A stretch of DNA of 64,000 bases, taken from Geosiphon pyriformis uo1 (lineage: Eukaryota; Fungi; Glomeromycota). Shown piece by piece: positions 50,001 to 64,000 of the stretch. The stretch covers positions 908,888 to 972,887 of the forward strand of contig JAAOMT010000439.1 in the NCBI GenBank assembly GCA_016748015.1, written 5' to 3'. A program made the translations under genes and the position numbers. The first letter of the stretch is position 1. Every line of letters begins with the position of its first letter. The notes beneath the pieces were generated by a model, which saw only the letters and a list, made by a program, of their open reading frames with translations, did no database searches and was not told the DNA's origin.

Positions 50001-53000
50001 GAAGTTGTAGAGGTTGATAAATTACTTATGACTGTGGTTAATAAATAACTGGAACTGGGATTTGATAGATTAGAGATTTGTATATTGGTTGTTACATCAT
50101 TTGTGGATAATGAAATTAATATTGATTCAATTGATAGATTGTTGGCATAGTTCTGGATTTGAAATTTGCAATCAGGGTTTTAATATTGATTATTTAATTG
50201 TTGATTATTTATTCTGACATAACAGTCAACTCTGATGTGACTTTATTTACTACAATTGTGGCAAATATGTGTCTCTTGCTGCCATGATAAACAAGTTGTT
50301 ATTAACATAGAATGTAACTGATTTTGGTGTTAATTAAAAATTCTGGGATTGTCATAACATTGTGATGGTTAATATATGACCTGATTGTTGTTAGCTAAGT
50401 ACCTCTCTAGTTTCTGATTGATTAAATTACTGAATTGTTTCAATTTGAAATCCAATTCAGATAATCTATTCATTACTAGATTTATGGCTTGGGCATAATG
50501 ACTTCTAATTCTGCTGTTTCAAAGTCTCCAGCATATATAACTGCAGCTTGAAATGTGACTAAATGTAATAGTTATATGTGTTATAGAATACTGCTACATA
50601 ATCTATAAATGAACTGATTTAAGATTTAGGCTACTATAAAATAATCGGCATTGATGGTTTGAATTTAGTGCAAATTTTTATAAAAACATCCTAAATAAGT
50701 AATAACTGTTTTAGTTTCTTCTTGTTTAATAGTTGTGAAAGTATTGGCTAGACAATTAATACTATTATTGTTATTAAAATATCTCAAAAATTCAACTTTG
50801 AATGTATTAAAATCTTGGGGTTTCTGAATTAAGCTTTAATATCATAAATTGGCAATATCTTGAAGAAAATATGAGATTGCCTATAATGCTCTGACATTGT
50901 CCCATCTATTGGTTGCAATGGCTTTTTCTACATAGTTGAGTTATACTTGGGCATTGTTTTTTTTATGAGTGAATTTCTCTAGTTTTGTGATTGGTATATA
51001 TATCATTGAAGTTAAGAGTTATTGTTGTGATTGTGGTTGCTGTTAAAGTTGCTGTTAGAGTGGTGGTTGTAACTGTGGTTGTTGTTATTTGGCAATTGGT
51101 GAAACTGGTGGTAGATCAATTATGATTACTAAAGGTAAGTTTTAGAGAACAATAGAAATAATATTTGAATTGTTTTGATTTTGTTAAGTTGAAATGATCA
51201 AAGTTTGAATGTCCAGGTTTTTTGGGATCAGATTTTGACTATTAATTTCTTGATTGCTGTCTTTTTCTCTCTCAAAGTCAGTTATTTTATAAGGACTAGC
51301 AGCTCTGAAATCTGGTTGTGATGGCAGTAATCAAACTTCTAATGGCATTGGAAATTGCAATTTAAATTTCTTAAAATAATTGCCATAAGTTCCTAATAAT
51401 TCTGCTTTCTTTTGTTTACTTTGGAATAAATTTTTGTTTAATGGTGTTGTCACATTTACTATGAACACACTTGTTAATGTTATATTGATAATGCTTTCAG
51501 ATATATAGTAATATGATGGATTTGCAGAAGAATCAACTCTTTGTTTCTTCTAAGTAGATAATTGTATTTGTTTTAAGATTTCTGCTGGTGTTTGTAATCT
51601 TCCTTTTTCTTTGTTAGCAAAAGTAATAGGGAATTTTTGTTTAGTGTATTTTTCAATTTTTCTGTTTATTTCTGTAATTATTAGTGAAAATAGATAATTT
51701 TGTAATAATATGGTATTTTGGAGTAGTTTACTAAAGAAATTGTTGAAGGCAGATTCTGGATCTCTTTGGCCTTCCAAATAATATACAATCTTTTTGTTGA
51801 TGTAGCAATTAAAAGCTAATTTTATTGGCCAATTATTATTTTTTAATCTCAAATGACTTTTGTAATGCTGAAATAAGAATTTTGCAAATCCCAAGTGGTT
51901 TGTTTTTGTTTCTTCTGATTTTGCCACTGTTTTGGATGGTTGTTGTTGGTGCTAGTTTTTTGTTGAATTATATCTCACAGGGAGCACCAAATGTTACACA
52001 TGAGTATTTGGGATCTTAAATCAAATAACAAATTCATTACTTAGTGCTTAATAGCTAATATAATTGGTAAGATCTGAAGGATTTTTGCATCTGAAAGTTT
52101 TGGTTAAATCTTTTGTATAATAAACAAAGATTCAATAGTTGTTTTCAGTTGCCTCTTGGAATTACAATTTCATCAATTTTTATCTTAGCATGGTGACTGG
52201 CAATTTTCTGGTAAGTTATTCTCAAATCTAAGTGTTTATTTTTATTTCTGAGTTTTTTACCAGTGCTATATTTTAACATTAATACTTTGCATATTAATTC
52301 TTTTAAATCAATTAGTAAATCAACAACAAAAAGAAAAAAAAATAAAAAAAAATAAAAAAATGAAAATAAAATAAGCCAAGACAAGAAAAATTAGTATTTT
52401 ATTAATAGCTATGATCAAGAGCTATTGTTCTAGTGTGGTCAAATAGCTATTATTATCAACATAAAGTGTTGATAGTAAACAATTGGATTAATATAATTAA
52501 TAAGTATATTTATTGATAATATGAATGTATGGATTTTAACTAGGAAGTAGAACTAAGATCTTTTTTTCTGCTTTTAATGTTACTATTATATATCTATAAT
52601 TGAGATTTTTCAATTCCTTAATTCTTTTTACCAAGAATCCTAGAATTCCTGAAATCTTGCAATTCCTTGAAGAATCTTAGAATTTTGAAATTCTGCAATT
52701 CTGGAATTCTGCAATTTCTCTAAAAAAAATTCTGGAATTTTCTATTTACTATGTCTACTTTTAATTGGCTAATTTATATACTAATATGATTCCTATATTT
52801 TATGAGTATTATTATTAAGAGTTATTGTTAAAGATCTAACAACATTTATACCAATTTTGTCAAATTATTGATCAACAAAAATTGGATAAATATTTTCTTT
52901 GCAATTGGGTTTTTTCTTCTTTGGCAAGTATCATAAGTTTTGATATACTTAGCAATATTTTTTTCAAAATAGACCAATAATAGCAAGCTAGAGTTTTCTG

Positions 53001-56000
53001 AATTGTTTTTGTTTTTTTAAAATGTCCAGCTAATGGATTAGTGTGTATATTGTAGATTACAATTTTTTTTTCTTTAAATTTTATGACTCTTTAGAAATAA
53101 TCAGGATTTTTTTTATTTTTTTTATATAACTGATTTTAGCAAAACAAATAAAAATTTGATTGTTTATGCAAATTTTTTTTATGCTGTTGAATGTAGTCTA
53201 ATAAGTATTGTCTTTTACTCAAAAATTCTATTAATGCAAAGTAGTTATTCAAGTCTATTATCATGTTTGTTTATGAGGAAGTTACTAATAATTAGGTTGG
53301 TTTGGTTTGAGAAGATTGTACTGTTATTAGATGGTAAGTTTAGAGAAAGCATTAGTGTTTTGATAATTAACTTCTTTTTGATGTTAAATATTATAGTCAA
53401 ATTCATCCAAGTAGAATATTTAGTGAATTATTTGTTTGTATTTCAGCTTTTTTTTATTATGCAGTCAAACCAAGGCTTGATGATCTATTACTATTAGAAA
53501 TTTTACACCAAAAAAATATTGATCCCAGTAACTAGTAGTTCAAATTATTGCTAAGCATTTTTGTTCAATAACTGAATAGTTTTTTTCTGTTAGTGTAAGA
53601 GTTCTATTGGCATATATTATAACATATTCTTTGTTATTTTCATTTTTTTGTAAAAAAATAGCACCAAGTTCATAGCCAGATGTATCAATATACAGAATAA
53701 AAGGTTAATTCAGATCAGATTGTTTAAGAATTGGTTCAATAACAAGTTTTTTCTTCAAAGTTTCAAAAGCTTTTTGTTAATAAGTGCTTCAATAATAATT
53801 GACATTTTTTCTGAGTAGTTAATTAAAAGAGAAAGCAATTTTAAAGAAATCCTTAATAAATTTGTGGTAATAAGAAACCAAACCAAAAAAAAAACATAAT
53901 TCAAGAACATTTATGGATTGTTTAATGTTCTGGACTTTTTTAATTTTGGCTGAATCAGAAAAAATTTTATCTTTTGTAATAAGATAACCAAAAAATTAGA
54001 TGGATTGTCATTCAAAAAAAAATTTAATTGGGTTTATTTTGAGACCAGCATTTCTAAAAAAATCAAAAATTTTTTGCAAGTGTTCAAGCTATTTATTTCA
54101 GATTTTTAAGTATACTATTATGTTGTCTAAGTAGACCAGAACAAAGTTTTCTTTTACTGATTTAAATACTTTGTTTATTAGGCATTAAAAGATAAAAGAA
54201 GTATTAATAAGACCAAAAAACATGACTGTAAATTTATAGGTGTTATACTTAATAATAAAAGCAGTTTTTTTTTTGCTTTCTGAATTTATCTCTACTTGCC
54301 AGAATCTAGCAGTTAAGTTAATGATTAAGAAGAAAGTAGCACCATTGAATTTGTCTAGCATTGCATCAATTTTAAAAAGTAGGTATATATTTCTTATAGT
54401 AATGGTATTTAATTGGCAGTAGTTGGCACAGAAGCATAAAGTTCTATCTTTTTTAGATACTACTACAACTGAAAAAGCCCATTCAATCTTAGTTTTTTGT
54501 ATAAATTCAAGATTTTTTATTCTGGTTATCTCTTTTTTAATGAATTTATTATTGTGTCAATTGAATTAATAAGGCTTTAAATGAATGGAGTGAGTTTCTC
54601 TGATGGTAATAGTGTGTTGTATCACATGGATTTGTTCAGAAGTGTCACTTTTTTTGAAATAACTGGGCTATTTCTAGCCAACAGATTTTCAATGTCTATT
54701 TTTTCTTTTAGGGAGAGTTTTTTTTGTTTTACTGCAAGTAATTAGATCTTAAGTAGTTTATTCTCAAAAAACTTTTGTATTTTTTTTATTTTTTCTTTGA
54801 GTATCAAAATAATTGGTTTTTAATCTTTGTAATAAATCAGGCAGAATTTGTGTTCATTACTAAAAAAATACAAAAGTTTATCACATCAGCACTTAGTATA
54901 AGAATTATGTTACCAATAACTGTATTTTGCTTTTTTGTTAGGTTTTTTATCAAAGATTCTTCTAAAAATATCATAGTAAGACCAACAGATTAGCTTGTTA
55001 TTTACAATAATTTTTTTTCTGTTAGCTTTGATATTATCTAGTGGCTTGTTATTACTAATAAAAATAGTATAGACGAGTTTAGTAATTTCTTTTTGTTCTT
55101 CTTAATCTTTTTCTTTATTACTCTTTTTATCATCTAATTTATCTGATTGCTCATCTTCTTAATTCTGCTTAAATACTAGAGAAGTTGTTCAATGGTAACA
55201 CTTAACCACAATAAGTTTCTTACTATATCTGATAGTTAGTTCACAAAGTTTATAATTAAATAGTGTTTTGGCTTTCTTGAGCCATTTATTGTCAACAATT
55301 ATGATGTATTCTTTTGCTTTAGATATTTCTATGTCAGTTTTAATGCTAATGTTATTAATACAAACAGAAATAGCTTTGGTTATACCAAGTCTTTTTTTTT
55401 GTTACTGTATATATTGATTATTGGTCTGGTTGAAAGTTTATTAATCTTTTTACTAATGGCTTCCAGGAAGTATTTGACAATAACATAAACAAATAATTTA
55501 CTGTCTAGAATCAAGTCAATGAAATAACCAGTTACTTGGACTTTGCAAATAAGAGAAATAATATTGCTGTTGTCAGCAAGTTCAGTTTGGTAAAAGTGCT
55601 TGTTAGTTTTTGGTGTCTTTTTTTTGGGATCAGAGATTTGCAAAAATATTTTCTGAATTGTAAATGAGTTATTAACTGGCCAAAGATAATGTAAGCTAGG
55701 GTTTTCATAAAATCTTTAACAATGGAATAAGTGCCAGATTTTTGTACAATTTCTAGAGATTTTAACTTTGGAAAATTCTTAAAAACTTTAGTCTTTGGTG
55801 GCTCATTGTTATTAGCAGTTAATGTGAATGCTTTGTTTGGATTCAAAATAAAATCAATTTTGGCTTTTTTTTTCTTTTTTGTTGATTCAGAATTGTTGAT
55901 TGTTAGTTTATCCATGTTATAATTATTATTAGTTAGATTAAAAGCATAAAAGAGATTTTCTTTTGATTGGCTTATACTCTCATTCTTTGAAGGTATACTT

Positions 56001-58050
56001 ATCAGTTTAAAGACTGATAAACTGTGGCTTCAACTAAGGGATTCTCTCCAAAAAAATTGATGTTGGCATGATTGAATCTTTAATTAAGTATATGGTTGTT
56101 GTTGGTTCTGTTGTTAGTTATTATTATTTCTAGAAGCTAAAGAAAACAGAAGAAGATTATTGCAATATTTGAAGAAATGTCTAGTTAATTCACAATGATA
56201 ACATACAAATGAGCCACAATTTTGTTGTCTTTAATATAAAGGTTGCTAGGATTGATTAAAATGAAGTTCAAATCTAGGTTTTTAAGATTGTAAATTTTCT
56301 CTGACTATTTGGGCTAAGAACTCTAATAGCTGAGCAAGATTGGCTGTGAGTCTATCTATCAATTGTTTATTAGGATCTAAAATCTGGACAGCAAAAAAAG
56401 TGGTGGCTATTTGAGAAACAAGAGCTATAACAGGAGCAAAAGCAAAAACTGAAAGTGTGAATTTCAAGTACATTCTTTGGTTGTTTTCAATTTGTTGAAC
56501 AAGTTTAATGGCCATATCTATTGTGGAATTGTTTTTTAGGGCCAGAAAAGACCAAAGAGCATATAAAAGATTAGTTCTTAATCTTTTTGTAAAGGAGTAA
56601 ATTTTTTGTTTTTCTATTTAGTTTTTTCTAAAATTTACTCATTTAATTAGCTTTTTTATTGTTTTAGAGTATTCAGCTACTACTTTTTCTGGGTCTTGGA
56701 TTCTTTTTTCTAATTCTATGCACTATTTGAATATCAGTATTGGGGTTCTGAATTTGTTTTCAAACTTGATAGTGAAAAAGATGTTGTCTTTTTTAGCATT
56801 TGCTAATGTTTATCTGATGATTTTTTGCTGAGTATTGGCATTGGTCTTTTGTAAAAACCAGGTGACAGGAGAGCCTTGGAGATATTTACCAACAATTTAA
56901 AACTTGTATTTACTATTATATTGGTTGGCTGTGGCAGCTCTTTCAAAAGCATTCAATTATTTAATTGAATTTTGTGCATTATCTCTAAATAATGGTAATA
57001 AGGTGTTGTTTCTTTGCTTTAGAGCAGTTTGTATACTCTAAAGAGCAGCCAGAATGTTTGTTTATATAGGATTATTAGCCATTGGTTTTGAGATAGCTGT
57101 TTGTGTAGAATGTTTTGATTTGCTTGAAAAGAAATTAAAAACAAGAATGGTTTGATAACTTTTTTTTTCTGTTTTAAAGGGAGTTTTAGCTAGCTGATGG
57201 ACAGCAATTCAGATGTGAATTTGGTAATTCAGATATTCAAAATAAAAAGACTGTTGTTCAAAAATTGTGGAATATAAAAGTTAATTAATGCTGTTGTTTC
57301 TTTCTTCAAAGTTGTCTTCAAAATAAGCTTGGTTAAAATAATAAATTGTATAGACTGTGTAGATTTTAGCTGAATGCTCATTTAAAAACCAGTTCTAAAA
57401 GTCTTAAAATTGTCTACTAGATTGTTCTTCAATAGAGAAGCAAATCAAGTAGGTAATTAAAGAAAAAATTACAATAAAAGAGCAAATTAAATATGTATGA
57501 ATTCAATGTGCATGATCAGTTTTATAAAAATTACAGTTGCAAATCTTTTCTAGAAATTTGAAGATAAAGAAATAGTTCGTAATTATTAACAAGATAATAC
57601 TATTGTTATTATTTTATACCTCAATTTAATAATTTTTAGAATTAATAACAGATATTATTGTGCTTTTTAATTGTTTTTTTATTCAATAAATTACAAGAGC
57701 AAGCAATCACTTCTCAGACTAATTCTAACAAATACAAATCAAGAAGAGAAAAAGATAAGATATATGAATGCCAACAAGTAATCTTTTATTCCAAAATGTT
57801 CAAATACTTAAAGATAGAGAAAAAAAAATAAGCAATATGAGAGGAAATAATTAATAGTGTTTTTTTTGTTACTTTGATCATGTCTTTTTATAATTAAGAG
57901 ACTTATTGCTTATATAACTATTGAAAATGATCAACAACTAGATCAATAATCAGGTTAATAATCAGATTAACAATCAAATTATTAATCAGATCAATGATCA
58001 GATCAATGATCAGGTTATTGATCAAGTTAATAATTACTATCTAAAAATTA
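44042..58050 (-). mobile_element. Decayed Ty3/Gypsy element C (no dUTPase seen), interrupted by element B
   Basis: LTR copies at 44042-about 44725 and about 57455-58050 (the latter truncated at both ends). Gag knuckle CYHCELTRHFFKYC (about 56160-56205), protease LILDS (about 55505), RT FVLVYLDN (about 54130), and an integrase split as DKIGINVVRSLTITL | NNKYIIIAINYFTK. Confidence 0.85.
46257..52811 (-). mobile_element. Ty3/Gypsy element B, same family as A, with RT-RH-IN deleted
   Basis: LTRs at 46257-47076 and 51992-52811, homologous to the A LTRs. TSD TTAT (46253-46256, 52812-52815). PBS at about 51974-51989. Gag, PR (KLILDNRSAGSIIT), Cys-rich region and dUTPase (about 47715-48130), then a direct jump to the extra ORF at about 47511. 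Confidence 0.92.
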
Positions 58051-61000
58051 GTTATGTTCATTTTAAAAATATATAAAACTATTTAGTAAAAAATGTTAAT
58101 TAAATTATCCAATCAATTATTTTTTTATTTAAAAAATAAGTTATAATTTCTTAGTTAATTTAAAAAGATAATTATTTATATGTATTTAAATATAATAAGT
58201 TTTGTAAATTGTTAGTATTAATTAATATTATATATCTAAATCATAAGTTTTTAAATTATTTATGTAATATTTGTTAATACTTATAAAATAATTTACAATT
58301 TATAAAAAAAAAACTCAAAACTTATTAAAAAAACATAAAGAATATTTAAACAAATCAAGTTAAAATAAAACTATTACAATAAAAATACCAAGTTAACAAA
58401 AGCAAACAAAACTTATTAATTAATATTATTAATGATAATATTATTTATTATAATTATAACTAAACTTAAAATTTTTACATATTATATTTAAATTAATAAA
58501 TTGGCGAAATATATTATGTTATTTTTATAAGATATATTTGTTTGATATTCAAAATAAAATATTACATAAGCAAATTAATTTTATGCTAAATAAAAATAAA
58601 TTATCTAAAAAAAGTTAATAATATTAAGTAATTAAATAAGATAAAAATTATTTATAATAATATAAATAAAAACAATATTACTTTTTAGTTTTTTTTGTAT
58701 TTGGTATTTTTTTAGTATTATAAAAACATTAAGTTAAATTTTATGGTTTTAGATTATATTAAATTTAAATATAATAGTGGTTTTGATTTGATTAAAAGAT
58801 TTTATCATAAAATTATAGTAAATTATATAAATTATTTCATAAATATAAAAAAACTAGTATTATAAAACTAAATAAAACTTGTTTTAAAAAATTGTTTAAT
58901 TCGTATTTTTTATTAGTTTTAATTTTAATGTTGTTAAATTATTAAAATATTGTAAATTTAAAACTTTAAAAACATAAAAAAATCAAAGCTTTATTATTTT
59001 TAATGGTAATATTTCTTTTTATAAACTTAAAACACCAAAAATATTTTTATTATAATGTTTGCTTTTTTTATTTTTTTTTATTATGTTTAATGAGTGAAGT
59101 TCAAACACTTTTTGTTTTTAATAAATTCAAAAATATTATCCGTTTAAAACCAATTTAATTAATTCTTTTAATAAGTAAAATATTATATATGTTTAAAATT
59201 TTTATTGTAATAAAATATAAAAATCAATATTAATTAGAAGTTTTATTAAAAAAGTTTGATTTTTTTAACAAAACTTAATTTATTGAAAACTTTTCTAAAA
59301 AATAGTAAAAATAATTAACTATTTTAAACTAAAAAGATTATCACTTCACATAATCAAAAAATAATTAAGAAAGAAAAAATTAACTATTATTAATTGTTTA
59401 TAAGTTAAAAAATTATATGTTTATAGCAACAAATTAATTGATTTAAAAATTAGAAAATTAAAAAACTAAAAATTGAATTACCTATTAAAAAATATATATA
59501 AAAATTAGTATTATTAAAACTTAAAATAATAAAATTTTTATGCATAATTATAAAATAACTAAGATTAATATTTTCAATATTGCTAATTAAAAGAATAAGT
59601 TAAAAATTAAAAACTGTGTTAAACTTATATTTTTTAAACAATAAATTAATTTATTCAGATTTAATAAAATTTTTTTTAAAATATTTAATTTGTAATAATA
59701 ATTCTATTAATAAATTATAAGTTAAATATTTAAAAAAATTAGAAAGCTTGTATTGTTTTTATTGTAATTTAAAAAATATAAACTTAAAAACTTAAAAAGT
59801 TTTAAAAAATTATATTGTGCTTATTAATAAAAAGAAAAATTTATTAAATTACATCTTAAAATTCGAAATTTTTACAAATTTTGAATTTTGCTAAAAACTA
59901 TATTTTAGAACTAATTATTTCTAATAAGCGAAATTTCAAAGCTGTTTTTTGCAAAAAAAAACTTGTTAAATATTTAAATTATTAAAAATTAATCTATTTT
60001 AAAACAATTAAATTAATAATAATAGTGTTAACAATCTAAAAAAAAATTTATATAATAAAAATACTATAGTTTTTAGTTAAAAAATCTTTTTTAAATTAAA
60101 AAAAAAAAGATTGATAAAAAATTATATAAAATAATAAACAAATTTATTTTATTAAAAAAATAATTTTAAAAAAATTAAAAAATTAAAAAAATAGAAGATG
60201 TTTTAATTAATTTTAATGAATATTTACTAAATAAGTAAAAAAAATTTTATATAGTATTTTCAGTAAATTAAAATATAAAAATTAATTAAGACCAATTTAA
60301 TTTTAAAAATAGCACTAAATTATTTATATTTTTACATTATTTTATAATGTTTTTTTGTTTTACAAATTGTTTTTTTTTTATAATGATTAAGATTGAAAAA
60401 TCATGAGTCTTACCTCAATTATATTGCTATATGTTTCCCTTTTATTCTGATAAGTTATTTGTATTAGAAATTAAAAAGCAATTTATTTCTTATAAAGAAA
60501 AAAAAATATAATTTACTAACTTAACATAATTTTAACTTATTGATTTTAATAAAAAACTAATTATCTATCTTAAATTACTAGCAGAAATAAAAATATAAAA
60601 AAGCAGTTGCCAAAAAAGAAAAAAAACCAATTATATAAAATAAAATTACTAATTCAGTTCTTAATAAAAAACAAAAACAAGAACTATATAAAAAATTATC
60701 TGATCAACAAAGTCTTATTATTAAAAATAAATTGCAATCAATTAATTATTTTCTTTATATTCTAAGGATAAAAATATTGATAATATTAATATTATTATAT
60801 ATTTACTTAGTAAAAAAAATAAAAAAAAATCAGTTTAAAAAATTATAATTAATATCTAAACATAATTAAATAAAAAGTTTTCTAATCAGAAAAATTAAAA
60901 AATAATTAATATTTTAATAAAAAAACTAATTATTAAATAAAAATTGTTTTTAAAATTGCTTATATTAACTTTGTATATTTTATATATTTCTGAGTTTTTT

Positions 61001-62982
61001 ATAGTTTATATAATAAAACATTGTATTATATATATAATAATATAATTAACTAAATTATTTTAAAGCTTTGTAATAAAGTACTGCATATATTATTGTGTAA
61101 TTAACTATATAAAAAGCCTAAAAAATAAGATAAAAAAAAACAAAAACTTTTAAGTAAAATAAAAAAGAATTAGAGAAAAATATTATAAAATTAAAAAAAT
61201 GCATTGCTTAAAAATTAGTTATTGTTATAGATAAAACTTTTAATTATTTAATCATATTTAATCATATGTATTAGTTATTAATATTATTATTAACCATTCT
61301 ATTTTTAGAATTAATTATTAATTATTAAATAGGTATTAATTTAATTATTGACTTGATTATTGATTTTTTTTGAGAATATATAACCAAGATTTTTAATGTC
61401 GTAAAGAAACAAAAAAGACAAAAATTATTACAATAATTCCGATTTTTTTTCACTATTTTTTTTCGTTTTTTTTATTTGTATATTGTTAACTTTTGTGAAA
61501 TATATTGAATAAACATTTACTAAAAAGTACAAATAATTAATATTTAATTTTAAGAGTGTTAATATAAAACATAAACTTATACCAATATGTAATTTTTTGT
61601 TAACAGTATAGATTATATTTTTATTTTTAAATTTTCTTATTACCTTTTTAAAAAAAATAGTAATTAAGATATTTATAAAACTAATTTTATATATTAAAGT
61701 TGAATTTACTCGATTATTTTATTGCTATGTAATAATATTTTTTTTAACATATTATATATAATTATAACAGTTATTAATCCAATAACTTTGAAAATATATA
61801 TTTAAAAAAAGAATAACAAAGCTAAATAACAATTTTAACCAAAAATTTAAGTTATGAGTTATTATGTTTAGATAATATCAAATGTTTACTTTGTTTGGTT
61901 TTGTTATAGCACACTTTATATAAGAGAATATATTTATAGTCTTTCACATTGATTAAAAAACTTAATATTAAGCAGACACTATATGATAAATTTGTATTAA
62001 AAATAATTTGATATTATCTTTTTAATTATTATAATTGATAATAAAATAATATTTTTATCTTTTTTACAAATTTGTTAATTGGTTAATTTGATTAAATTAC
62101 AATTTTTTATTACATACTAAAATTTTCACAAATTGGTATAATCAATTTTATAAAGTATATTTATAATTCAATTTAATGATTTAATAAATAGTTTTTTTTT
62201 TACTTTGTTACAGCTTAACACACAAAATTATTCTTAAAAGACTTTGGTTTATAAAAGTTATTATTGTTGTTACCAATACTAAAACGAAATAAATCTTATT
62301 TGCTTACTAAGTTATATTTGTCTAAACTGATATAATCGATCTTAATTTTAATGAATTTAATTTTTGATGACAATGAATTAGATAACTTGGGAAAATAAAC
62401 ATAAAATTCAAAAAAGCTTTCTTAAACAAAAAGACAAATATTTATTTCACTTTATTAAAAAACAAACAATTTAAAAAATAGTATTTTTGAAAAAAGTATA
62501 AATAATCAATTAAATCATTTCATATTTCAGTTTTTTTTAGTATTTATTTATTGCAGTTTTACTAATGAAAAAATTCAAATGATTGCTACTTTTTCTAATA
62601 GAAGTTTCAACATAAATGTAGTCATGATTCAGTTTAATTAATAATAAATAAAACTTCTTTGGTAAAAAGAATGTTAAAATAATAAAAAGAGTTTCAAAAT
62701 AAGAAATAATTTGGCATTTACTATATAAATTTTTAAAAATATGCAAGAATTTAAATATAGACTAGATGTATTTTTATAAATTTTATTTGGTTTTTCATAA
62801 CATTGGGGTTAACAAAAATTCCTATCAACTATAATAGGATAAAAAGTATTTTTGATTTAGTTCATAAATAACATTATTAAGCATATTAAATCAGCTGCTA
62901 TATTACAACAATTAACTTTTGAAATTTTAACTAGAAACCTAACCACTTAAATCGTTCGTAAATCTGTTTGATTTTCATCCAG

Positions 62983-63931
62983 GCTAATTTATTAAAACGC
63001 TCCCTGTATAATCCTGCTACCTTTCGTGACAAACAGATCAAATATTTTGAATACAATAAATTTTATAGTAAAAAAAGCATGGTGATGAAGCTTCTAGCGT
63101 GTTAGAGAAGACAAATTATACTATAAATGGTATGGATATTATATTTGCATTGAAAAAACTCAAACGAGTCGCAGAACAAGATAAAACAGATATAGAAGAA
63201 TTCATAAAAGAGGTCTGAATGAAAAAAGTTTACATGATTAATAAAGTATTAATTGCTATATTATTTATGCTAAAAAATCCCTAAAAACATTTAGCTGAAA
63301 TTTCTGCAAGATATTGATTTTTTTCCCTATATTCAGAGATTTTGTGGTCTTAGTAAATATATAAAAGGTATTTATTTTCAATGCTCAATGATAAAATTAT
63401 TTTAGCAAATCCTAACTTTACTTTATGATAATGTTTTAGATGATAATATAAAATATATTTTAGTTTTTGAATACGCTAATGGAGGTTCTTTGCGTGATTA
63501 CCTATCATTAGAGTTTGAGAATATGAATGGAAAAGAAAAGCTTCGGATGGCACAGGAATTGGCAAGCAGGGTTCAATGTTTGCATGAAAACCAAATAATT
63601 TATCGAAATCTTGTAGGTTTTGCGCTCACTTTGATATTTCAAAAGTTATTCAAAGATTAAACTCAACCACTAAATTGTTTATTTTTAGAATTCTTCAAAT
63701 ATTTTAGTGCATAATAAAACGGTAAAAATATCCGATATTGGTCTTCCGAAAAATCAAAGTAAAATACTAGGGTTAGCCAATGAGATTAAAGACCAACCTG
63801 CTTACATAGACCCTCAATGTTTTAAAAACGAACAATTCATTCGAAATAAGAAATCAGATATTTATGCTCTCGGCGTCCTCCTATGGGAATTAACAAGTGG
63901 CTGCCCATCATTCAAAAATACTAAAAAGTGA
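62983..63931 (+). pseudogene. Tyrosine-kinase-like protein kinase, degenerate (exons about 62983-63212, 63295-63367, 63440-63612, 63689-63931)
   Basis: Spliced translation IKYFEYNKF...FALKKL...EEFIKE / LKFLQ / YILVFEYANGGSLRDYL...CLHENQIIYRNL / NSSNILV...KISDIGL...PAYIDPQ...KKSDIYALGVLLWELTSG. Canonical GT-AG introns; apparent 1-nt frameshift near 63079; stop at 63929 before the end of the kinase C-lobe. Confidence 0.85.
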
Positions 63932-64000
63932 ACACTTATACGTAAGGAAATTTTAATTTAGCACATTTCTTTAATAGTTCTACTTATATATAAAACTTCC

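Noticed and set aside
58050-62900. Genes or defined elements in the extremely AT-rich tract, including a possible LTR remnant near 61.2-61.9 kb
   Set aside because: Probably terminally eroded TE DNA, but I could not establish boundaries or protein motifs by eye.

Overview
Eukaryotic, very AT-rich, transposon-saturated fungal DNA. The repeat families, short GT-AG introns and tyrosine-kinase-like gene look like Glomeromycotina (AM fungi/Geosiphon type); this is recognition from memory, not a search. Left to right: a 156-bp tandem array (1-1803) inside an intron-like segment of a gene fragment whose paralog lies at about 40.6-43.4 kb; a heavily decayed dUTPase-bearing Ty3/Gypsy element (about 2.8-14.55 kb, minus) split by a full-length RNase H-containing LINE (4346-11076, 10-bp TSD); a structurally complete but stop-riddled Gypsy element A (14844-24981: LTR-PBS-gag-PR-Cys-rich-dUTPase-RT-RH-IN-extra ORF-PPT-LTR); an ORF1-only, HAL1-like non-autonomous retroposon (about 25672-29690) that uses the same 3' UTR as the LINEs and is itself interrupted by a young LTR insertion with a 4-bp TSD; a second full-length LINE (about 32.57-39.46 kb); a multi-exon gene or pseudogene of unknown function; Gypsy element C (44.0-58.05 kb) with an internally deleted dUTPase-Gypsy B nested in its integrase (46257-52811, TSD TTAT); unassignable AT-rich DNA; and a four-exon degenerate kinase at the right end. 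Almost all TE ORFs are broken by C>T/G>A changes. The best candidates for new biology are the LINE/half-LINE pair sharing a 3' UTR, the Gypsy family with Cys-rich domains, dUTPase and a 3' extra ORF, and the pervasive RIP-like decay. There are two assembly gaps (27092-28025, 42821-43011). All alignments and translations beyond the supplied ORF track were done by eye.
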